DNA of 64,000 nucleotides, taken from NCBI GenBank assembly GCA_964607165.1, contig CAZSIT010000012.1:4301-68300 (forward strand), in the 5' to 3' direction. How positions within the stretch are numbered: position 1 is the stretch's first letter; each line of letters opens with the position of its first letter. Made by a program: the position numbers and the translations under genes. Positions 28,873 to 36,488 of this stretch are shown piece by piece. Below the pieces are notes generated by a model, which worked only from the letters and a program-made list of their open reading frames with translations, was not told the origin of the DNA and searched no databases. Source of the DNA: an uncultured Ignavibacteria bacterium. GTDB taxonomy: Bacteria; Zixibacteria; MSB-5A5; DSPP01.

Positions 28873-30930
28873 CTAAAGCCAGTCATAGAAATACTTAAAG
28901 GCATATCCCAAGTAGCAGTAGCGAACAAATCGAGCGGCGGCGACGGTTACGTAAAAAAGCAGCGCCGAATAGCGTTTAAGGCCGCAGACAACGTAGAAAA
29001 CATCGCAGGGAATAGGGGAAGCAGTGCCCAGAAAGAGAAAAAAGGTGATGGCCTTCATCGACCGGCCTTCCGCCCAGGGATGCTTTCCCGCGTTCGGAAA
29101 CCGGTTTTTGACAAACTGGGTTCGGCCCAAATAACGTCCCATCATAAACGTTCCGAACGAACCCAGAGCCGCTCCCAGGGCCATCACAAGGGCCAGATGA
29201 AAGACGTTATATCCCATCGCCACTCCGCCCGCCGCATAACCCCAGATCGGCAGCGGCAGGAGGGTGCTGGAAATGGCACAGAGCAAAAAGAGAACCAAAT
29301 CGACCCCCTTCTGTCCGTGCCGCTCCATCAAAGCGAGGCCAAAACGGTGGATATCCGTTTGGAACATTCCAACCAGGATGATGCCGGTTACAATTATTCC
29401 CAGCGTGACCGCCAGGGAGGCGTATTTGTTTTGATTCTTTTTGGTACTCGCTTCCGCCGGGTCAGGCGCCGGCTCGGTTGATGAGGTCGGCGGCGTTCCC
29501 GGCCGGGCGGCGCCGACTATGTCGAGCGGTTCGCCATCCAGAGGGACGGACGCCTGTTTGCCGGTCAAGGCCAGAATGGTCGGCATCAGGTCGCAGTTGG
29601 ATACTCGTTCGTTGGCGAAGGGAACGCTGAAGGCAAGCGGCACCTGCATATGCTCGCGGTGCAGCGAACCGTGGGAGCTTTTGTGCTCCGGATATTCGAA
29701 TTGATATCTCAAATCGTATCCCGGTTCGGCGCTCAAAATTAGATCCCCACTGCGCGGGCTGACAAAAAGTTTCTGCAGTTGGTTGACGGCATCCGGATAG
29801 GTGTCGTCGAACGTCGCGTGGAAAAGGTCGCGTGAGCTGAACCGTCCGGCAGGATGCTCTTTCAGCGGGCAGGCTCCGTCGATAGTAATGTCGAAATTGC
29901 CGTTGTTTTTGGCGGCGGTCAATCGCCCTTCTTTTCCCACAACGGCAATGCCGTCGCTTCCGTGCCGAGCGGCCGCAAACGAGACCCCTTCGGTATGTAC
30001 CAGCCGCTTTAACAGCTTGCCTACCCGCTTGTCCTTGGCCATCTCTGCATAGCTCCAGTGTGCTCCCCATCGGTTTCCATGCTTGAAGTAAAGCTGCGCC
30101 ATTCCGTTTCCGCTTTCCATAACGGCGCTGTCGTTTTGGCGCCGGTACAATTTGGGATACCGAAAGGGATCAAACCCCTCCTCTTTCAGGATATCCACTA
30201 CGGGAATGTGAACGGCGGTGGCACTCAGCCCGTGGTCGGAGACGAGCGCCAGAATGGTCTCGTCGTAAGTGCCCGTTTCTTGCAGGGCAGCGGCGATTTT
30301 CCCCGCGGCTTCGTCGATGCGGACATAGGCGTCGATTGTCTTTTCGTGAAAGGGACTGTATAGATGGGAGCATTTGTCGATGCCGTAGAACTGCACCACC
30401 AGGCAGTCGCTGCCGGCCCGGATGCGCTGGATGGTAATCCGTTCGGCCATTCGGTCCTGGAGGCCGGAATTTCTGGTTTGGTGCGTCCGAAAAATGTGAT
30501 AGAGCCTGCGAAAAATCTGTTTGTACAGTTTCTTGTTGCGGCAAAAATCGACCGGTTCAAAAATGCAACTCGGTTTGTCAAAATACTCAAAGAGAGAAGT
30601 CGATTTTTCGGGGTGCATATCGCGCCCCATAAACAGGCCAAACGGGCTGTTCAGGCTGCGGTGGCGGCTGAAACTTGGCAGGGTGGAATCGTGCGTTCTC
30701 CGGCAGAGCCAGCGGTATCCAGGCACGTTGGCTGTGCCGGGGTGAAGGCCGGAGACAAAAGGGATATGGGCCGGGCCGGTGGTGCTGGGGAAGACCGATA
30801 AAGCGATTCGGAAACAGCCGCGGTCAACCAGATGTTTCTTAATTTTGGGCAGGCGGCCGCTTAAAAGCAGCCCGTGCATCAGGTCGGCGCGAGCCCCGTC
30901 AGCGACTATGAGAACACAGCGTTTAAACAA
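28873..30930 (-). CDS. alkaline-phosphatase-superfamily nucleotide pyrophosphatase/phosphodiesterase fused to a C-terminal VTT/DedA domain
   Basis: IVADGAR, FPSTTGPAH, DKCSH, VSDHG, HGSLH; C-terminal TMs with GAALGS..MGRYLG, PIPCD, ARFVRY; TTG start inferred from the RBS. Confidence 0.8.
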   Translation of the reverse strand: MFKRCVLIVADGARADLMHGLLLSGRLPKIKKHLVDRGCFRIALSVFPSTTGPAHIPFVSGLHPGTANVPGYRWLCRRTHDSTLPSFSRHRSLNSPFGLFMGRDMHPEKSTSLFEYFDKPSCIFEPVDFCRNKKLYKQIFRRLYHIFRTHQTRNSGLQDRMAERITIQRIRAGSDCLVVQFYGIDKCSHLYSPFHEKTIDAYVRIDEAAGKIAAALQETGTYDETILALVSDHGLSATAVHIPVVDILKEEGFDPFRYPKLYRRQNDSAVMESGNGMAQLYFKHGNRWGAHWSYAEMAKDKRVGKLLKRLVHTEGVSFAAARHGSDGIAVVGKEGRLTAAKNNGNFDITIDGACPLKEHPAGRFSSRDLFHATFDDTYPDAVNQLQKLFVSPRSGDLILSAEPGYDLRYQFEYPEHKSSHGSLHREHMQVPLAFSVPFANERVSNCDLMPTILALTGKQASVPLDGEPLDIVGAARPGTPPTSSTEPAPDPAEASTKKNQNKYASLAVTLGIIVTGIILVGMFQTDIHRFGLALMERHGQKGVDLVLFLLCAISSTLLPLPIWGYAAGGVAMGYNVFHLALVMALGAALGSFGTFMMGRYLGRTQFVKNRFPNAGKHPWAEGRSMKAITFFLFLGTASPIPCDVFYVVCGLKRYSALLFYVTVAAARFVRYCYLGYAFKYFYDWL

Positions 30931-30991
30931 CCTGTCTCCTCGACAACTCGTCCGAAGGTTTGGTGTTGTGCCCGGGTGAGCTGGCAATTAA

Positions 30992-31064
30992 TAGCCCCAC
31001 GGGGAGTCGAACCCCGGTTTGATGGCTGAGAACCACCCGTCCTGGGCCACTAGACGATGGGGCC
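30992..31064 (-). tRNA. tRNA-Glu(CTC)
   Basis: GGCCCCA acceptor, anticodon arm GGTGG-TTCTCAG-CCATC, T-arm CGGGG-TTCGACT-CCCCG; CCA not encoded. Confidence 0.93.
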
Positions 31065-31087
31065 AAAGTTTTCACAACGGCAGTGGG

Positions 31088-31116
31088 AATTTAGTTTTTA
31101 GATGGTGGGCTGTCAA
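31088..31116 (-). promoter_or_regulatory. sigma70 promoter P1 for tRNA-Glu
   Basis: TTGACA-17-TAAATT on the minus strand. Confidence 0.7.
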
Positions 31117-31213
31117 CCACAGGATTTGACCCCTCCCTTAATCCCTCCCCTCAAGGGGAGGGAAAAAATGGAAAAAGAGGATGAGGCCAGAGTTTTCACC
31201 AAAGGCAAAACGG

Positions 31214-31242
31214 AATTTAGGTTTTTCGCTGAACGGTGTCAA
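31214..31242 (-). promoter_or_regulatory. duplicated sigma70 promoter P2
   Basis: Second TTGACA-17-TAAATT within a degenerate tandem copy of the tRNA upstream region. Confidence 0.6.
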
Positions 31243-31310
31243 GGACGACCCCTCCTTTAATACTCCCCTACGAGGGGAGGGAAAAATATTTGGGAGACCT
31301 CTCCCCTGTA

Positions 31311-31533
31311 TCCCCTCTCCATAGAATGGAGAGGGGAGGGCACGGCGTGCCGTGCCCCTACGGAAAATGTGAGGGGCACGTTGTCACGTGTCCGAGGGCA
31401 GACACATTGGTCTGCCCCTACAAATACAGGCAAATAAAAAGGGCGGTTTGTGCCTCGATTGCTTTTCCAGAACACGCTTCCTTGGTAGCGCTCGGGATAA
31501 ATCGAAACGAGCCGGGGAGGAACCTGCCCCTAC
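31311..31533. repeat. ~222-bp REP-cluster direct repeat, copy 1
   Basis: Aligns to 32145-32366 with about 16 differences by manual count. Confidence 0.9.
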
Positions 31534-31689
31534 AATATATGCAGGATATGAAAAAAACGAGGGGCACCTGGCCACGTGCCCCAGGGCAGACACGGATTCG
31601 GCTTCGCTCACCTCAGGCATTGGTCTGCCCCTACAAGAATTCCCGGGTTAATAATTTTGCCTGAAATGTCGAAAAATTTGGAGGGAAAG

Positions 31690-32124
31690 ATGGAAAAAAC
31701 TTATGCAAGCAAAAAAGATGGCTGGCTTGTCGCGGTGATGGGTATGTTTTTCGTAGCCGTCAACATCTGGAAAGCACCGGTGCCGGCTGCTTTTAAGATG
31801 CTTATTCCAATTCTGTTGTTACTGTTAGCGGCTTTTATGCTCTGGACACTATATGGAACGAACTACACGCTCACGAACTGTGAACTCATCATCCGCTCGG
31901 GGCCTTTGCGCTGGACGGTTCGGCTGGATTCCATTACCGAAGTCTTCCCGACGCACAATCCGCTTTCCAGTCCGGCCTGTTCGCTCGACCGCCTGCAGGT
32001 TCGGTATCGCAATTCGGTGTTCGGTATAATGATATCGCCAGAGGATAAGGCGGGATTTCTGCGCGACCTGGCGGCGCGGGTGCCGGGGCTCAAGTTCGAA
32101 AACGAACGAGCCGTGCGGGTGTAG
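31690..32124 (+). CDS. bacterial PH-domain membrane protein (YyaB-like)
   Basis: YASKKDGWL, two TMs, TNYTL..LIIRSGP, SSPACSLDRL, IMISPEDKAGF. Confidence 0.82.
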   Translation: MEKTYASKKDGWLVAVMGMFFVAVNIWKAPVPAAFKMLIPILLLLLAAFMLWTLYGTNYTLTNCELIIRSGPLRWTVRLDSITEVFPTHNPLSSPACSLDRLQVRYRNSVFGIMISPEDKAGFLRDLAARVPGLKFENERAVRV

Positions 32125-32144
32125 GAACGAACCTTATCCCTTTT

Positions 32145-32366
32145 TCCCCTCTCCATAAAATGGAGAGGGGTGGGCACGGCACGCCGTGCCCCTACAAAAA
32201 ATGCGAGGGGCACGTTGTCACGTGCCCGAGGGCAGACACATTGGTCTGCCCCTACAAATACAGGCAAATAAAAAGAGCGGGTTTGTGCCTCGATTGCGTT
32301 TCCAGAATACGCTCCCTTGATAGCGCTCGGGATAAATCGAAACGAGCCGGGGGAACCTGCCCCTAC
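32145..32366. repeat. ~222-bp REP-cluster direct repeat, copy 2
   Basis: See copy 1. Confidence 0.9.
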
Positions 32367-32476
32367 GGACGTCGAAATCGCCAACAAAAAACGCAGGATA
32401 CGCTCCGCAGGGCGGAGCTTTATCCCTGGCCGAAAACCGGCACGGGCAGGCCTGCGCCACGGTAACAAATACGGGA

Positions 32477-35400
32477 TTATTTGGTTTTGTTTAAGAAACT
32501 TCTTGAAATCTCCTTGTCTTCTTTTTCCCAGATAAATGGCTTGAAGCGTTTTTTTGTCGGCGCTAATTCGTCCAGTGTATTGCCATCGAACAGTTCGCCG
32601 TTTTTGATGACGTAGCGAACGGTGTTGGAGTTGTGGATGTCATCCAGAGGATTTTTGTCCAAAACCAGCAAGTCGGCGACCTTGCCCGGCTCAACCGAAC
32701 CCAAATCGTTTTGCAGGCCCAAGCATTCCGCGCCGGTCAAGGTGGCGCAGTGCAGGGCCTGGTGATTGGTCATTCCCTCAGCCATCATCCAGAGCTCCCA
32801 GTGGGCGCCGAGTCCCTGCTGTTCTCCGTGCGCGCCCAAACAGACGTTGCCGCCCCGTTTCACCACATCACCCGCCCCTTTGGCAACCAAAGGATAGTGG
32901 TATTCTTCTTCCAAAAGGAGCACACGGCGGCGGGATTTGCGGTCGATTTCCTCGTGCGAGGTAAAGCGGCGCAGCTTGGCGTCGTCGTGAATATTATATT
33001 TCTGGCGCTGCAGATACTGGCCAAATTCTCCGCCGTAGGATACAATTAAGGTCAATGTCCAATAGGTTTTGGCTTGGGCGATGAACTCGGTTACGTCTTT
33101 ATACAAAGGCACGAGCGGCAGGGAATGTTCAAAGCCGGTATAGCCATCCTGAACCATCGACAAATCGACTTTCAAATCCCCGCCCCCTTCGGCGGTGACG
33201 TTGATGCCGACTTCCTTGGCGGCCATAATCAGCCACTGGCGCTGGATGCGGCGGGATTGCATATACTCCTTTAAGCGCACCGCGCCCGCTTCCTTGTAGC
33301 GGCGGACGTGATGTTTGGCTTCCTCCAAAGAATTCCAGCGCACCTGCAGGGTGTACATCGCTGTTCCCGTGGAATAAATGCGCGGAGCTATCAAATCGCC
33401 GGTTTCGACCATTTCGGAAGCGGCAAAGACCTGGTCGTTGGCGTTGGAGGGGTCGTGGGTGGTCGTCACTCCATAGGCCAGGTTGGCGGCGTAGGAGGGG
33501 ACTTCGTCCGGGAAAACGTCGGGCTGCGGGCCTAAATGGGCGTGAATGTCTATCAGCCCCGGCATTATGGTTTTGCCGGCGCAGTCAAACTTTTGCGCAT
33601 CGGCAGGAATTTTGACGTTGCCCGAAGGGCCGACGGCGGTTAGGCGGTTGTTTTCTATCAGTACATCGCCCTGCTCAATTACTTCATCGCCTTTCATCGT
33701 GATGATACGGGCGTTGGTCAAAGCGATTTTTCCCTGCGGGATTTCGCGCGGAACTTTCAGTTCGATGGTGAATTTTTCGGGATTGAATTCCGGCTTCTCT
33801 TCCTCTTTCTTGGTTGAATCGGCTTTGGCCGAATCGGCAGCTACTTTAGTCGTATCCGCTTTTTTGGTACTGTCCGATTTTTCCTCTTTTTTCTCGTCTT
33901 TCTTTTTCTCCTCGACGAATTTGGCTTTCACCGAATCGAGCAGCAGGCGGTAGAAGTTGTTGGCGTAGGAGTAGGTTATAGTCCTGCCGCCATCGGCCCA
34001 GTTCAAATAGTAAGCCCCTTCTTTGGTGATCTCCTTAACCGGGAAAGGGCCGTCAGTTGAAATCGTCAACGGGTCGCCGGGCAATTTTGGAAAAGCGCCG
34101 ACGTAGGCGTTGTCTTTCTGCTCATACAAAATCCAGTTGCCGTCCGGGGAAGGAATCACGTCCGCTCCTCCGGTGAAATAGAGATGCGTTTTTTTGTCCA
34201 CTCCGTCCAATCGAATCGAATGAAAGGCGGTGCGGCCTTCGCCGCCGGGAGTGGTGGGGTCGGCTCCCTGCGTATAAAACACGCGGCTGGCATCGGCCTG
34301 CCCGAGTCGAGCTCCGGGCTCGGCCAGGGAATTAAAAAACGGGCGGAGGATTGGGCCGCTCACATTAGTAATAAATTTCGATTCGCCGCCGCCGGACGGC
34401 ATCCAGCGCAGTTCATAAACGTCGGAACCATCCTCCACCAGCCATTCTTTAGCGTGGCCGGCGACATAAACGATTTTGGAGCCGTCCGGAGAAAAGGAGG
34501 GATGGGCGTAGAAACCGGCGTTTGGGGTCAGGCGAACTGATTTTCCTCCGGCAGCTGGAGCTTTGCGGATGTTGCCGCCTTCACCATCCGACCAGCTTAC
34601 ATACAGAATCGAGCGGCCATCGGGCGAAAAGCGGGGATAGTATTCCCGGTCGGCCGATTGGGTCAAACGCCTTGGCTTGCTGACGCGATATGCAAGGCTG
34701 TCCTTTTTCCCGGATATTATCAAATCGGCAATCCAGAGCTTTCCCACACCCGAAAAGAGGATTTTTTTGCCGTCGGGCGATTGGCTGGCCCAGCGCATCT
34801 GGCGCACCTCCAGCGGCCCACTTTTTATCGAGTCGCGTATATAAACAAAAGGGCCCAAAGGAATTTTGGCTATAACTTTGAAAGGAATAATCTCGTCCGT
34901 TTTGGTTGTAACGTTGATTTTGTGAATTTTGCCGCCGTAGGCGAGGATGATATTCTTTCCGTCCGGCGTAAAATTGTATCCCGGTAGCACATCATTGACG
35001 GCGAACCCTTCCTGGTCGTCGCGCTGAATCGGAAGCGCCAGATAGTTTTCTTCGCGGGTTTCGATGTTGCGGAGTTTTAATCCTGTTTTAGCGTCATAAC
35101 GAGTAGCATACGTCAGCCATCTTCCATCCGGCGAAACCACCGGCCGCAGGGCGCCGCCGTAAAGACCGGTTATGGTTTGCACATCGCCGGTTTCCCTGTC
35201 CCAGCGGGCTAACTGGAAGCGGCCGATGTCCACGTTGTAGTTGAAGCGTCCGGCGTGGGTGGAAAAGTAGAGGTAACGCCCATCCGGCGAAAACGAGCCG
35301 GCGGAACAAATCGTTTGATTGTCATCCTTGGTCAGCTGCACACCGGAGCCGCCATCTTTGTGGAACATCCAGAGCTGGATTTTTCGCAAATAGCTTTCGA

Positions 35401-35887
35401 GGGGGTATTCGCCGAATCGGCGAGCAACTATATAGTTTCCATCCGGCGCCCAGGCGGGCCCGGCAAAGTTGTACTTGGTTTCTTTGGTTACGGCACGCGG
35501 CTTCGTCCCATCCGCATTCATAATCCAGACGTTGTCGTTGCCGCTGCGGTCGCTGATAAAGGCGATATATTTGCCATCGGGCGAATACTGGGGCTGGCAA
35601 TCCCAGGGCATTCCGGCGGCAATCGGGGTGGCGTCGCCGCCTTCCATTGGCAGTAAATAGAGGTCGCCCAGCAGGTCGAAGACGATGGTTTTGCCGTCCG
35701 GCGAAACGTCCAAAGATATCCAGGTGCCTTCGTCGGTTTCAAATTCCACCGTCCGTTCCGCTTTGAGCGGGAGTTCGTTGCCGAGCGTATCCTTTTTTTC
35801 TTCCTTTTTGTCCTCCGCCCAAGCGGGGGAAAAGAAGATTAAGCTTAAAGCTATCAATAGTGGTAAAAAGCGAGCAGTTGATTTCAC
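32477..35887 (-). CDS. secreted amidohydrolase with N-terminal PD40/TolB beta-propellers
   Basis: Many SPDG repeats; MPGLIDIHAH, GAHGEQQG, LGSVEPGKVADL; GTG start at 35887 after GGAGGA. Confidence 0.9.
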   Translation of the reverse strand: MKSTARFLPLLIALSLIFFSPAWAEDKKEEKKDTLGNELPLKAERTVEFETDEGTWISLDVSPDGKTIVFDLLGDLYLLPMEGGDATPIAAGMPWDCQPQYSPDGKYIAFISDRSGNDNVWIMNADGTKPRAVTKETKYNFAGPAWAPDGNYIVARRFGEYPLESYLRKIQLWMFHKDGGSGVQLTKDDNQTICSAGSFSPDGRYLYFSTHAGRFNYNVDIGRFQLARWDRETGDVQTITGLYGGALRPVVSPDGRWLTYATRYDAKTGLKLRNIETREENYLALPIQRDDQEGFAVNDVLPGYNFTPDGKNIILAYGGKIHKINVTTKTDEIIPFKVIAKIPLGPFVYIRDSIKSGPLEVRQMRWASQSPDGKKILFSGVGKLWIADLIISGKKDSLAYRVSKPRRLTQSADREYYPRFSPDGRSILYVSWSDGEGGNIRKAPAAGGKSVRLTPNAGFYAHPSFSPDGSKIVYVAGHAKEWLVEDGSDVYELRWMPSGGGESKFITNVSGPILRPFFNSLAEPGARLGQADASRVFYTQGADPTTPGGEGRTAFHSIRLDGVDKKTHLYFTGGADVIPSPDGNWILYEQKDNAYVGAFPKLPGDPLTISTDGPFPVKEITKEGAYYLNWADGGRTITYSYANNFYRLLLDSVKAKFVEEKKKDEKKEEKSDSTKKADTTKVAADSAKADSTKKEEEKPEFNPEKFTIELKVPREIPQGKIALTNARIITMKGDEVIEQGDVLIENNRLTAVGPSGNVKIPADAQKFDCAGKTIMPGLIDIHAHLGPQPDVFPDEVPSYAANLAYGVTTTHDPSNANDQVFAASEMVETGDLIAPRIYSTGTAMYTLQVRWNSLEEAKHHVRRYKEAGAVRLKEYMQSRRIQRQWLIMAAKEVGINVTAEGGGDLKVDLSMVQDGYTGFEHSLPLVPLYKDVTEFIAQAKTYWTLTLIVSYGGEFGQYLQRQKYNIHDDAKLRRFTSHEEIDRKSRRRVLLLEEEYHYPLVAKGAGDVVKRGGNVCLGAHGEQQGLGAHWELWMMAEGMTNHQALHCATLTGAECLGLQNDLGSVEPGKVADLLVLDKNPLDDIHNSNTVRYVIKNGELFDGNTLDELAPTKKRFKPFIWEKEDKEISRSFLNKTK
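34296..34328. mobile_element. 33-bp GCCTG..CCAGG palindromic element inserted in frame
   Basis: Same termini and length as the tRNA insert; removal restores RPFFNSDASRVF. Confidence 0.75.
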
Positions 35888-36488
35888 GATTCCTCCGGGA
35901 TAAATGTTTTTGCGGGTTGGGGCAGGTGTTACTCCTGCCGCCCGCCTGTGGCGGGTCGGAAGTGGTTCGGCTCCACTCACCATAAATAACTCCCGACACA
36001 ACCTGAATCTTTCCTCATCCGATAATTTCATTCAATTCTTTTTAGGCGCGATTCGTTTGCCTTTTTTCATTAACGTTGGGGGAGTATATAAGTTGCGTAA
36101 CGGTGAAACACAAGCTCAAATTGATACGATGTTTTTAAGTGCTGGAATTGAACCCAAACGTCCATTTTTGGCGCGAGACGGCGAAAATTTGTCGCTTTTG
36201 TGAATACTTTTAAGAACGGGTTTTGTTCCGGGATGTGGGATAAGAGGTTGTAGGAATGGTACGGGATTATTCTTGGCACGCAATTTGACCACTATTTTGG
36301 GTAAGCGGGTATGACTGGAGGATATTGAGCTGGTTGGCTATTGGGAAAGCAGTCGTTTTCCATTTAAAAATTTTACTTTTAAAAAAGTTTGCGGGATTGT
36401 GCTTGACAGGCAGGGTTTGAATGTTAAGTTATAGCCCTTTATGAGCTTTTGGATATACGGTTTTTGCGGACTGGAGAAGAGGAGAATT

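Noticed and set aside
28749-31064. Classical integrase-driven island at tRNA-Glu
   Set aside because: No integrase, and the whole tRNA rather than its 3' end is repeated; kept as a duplication finding instead
31236-32535. ORFs 31236-31664, 31257-31475, 31863-32468, 32160-32465 and similar ones at 12481-13237
   Set aside because: They are translations of palindromic repeats with no protein motifs
36274-36288. Sigma54-like TGGCACG-N4-TTGA
   Set aside because: The conserved -12 C is missing and a TTGACA sigma70-like promoter lies nearer the gene (36403)
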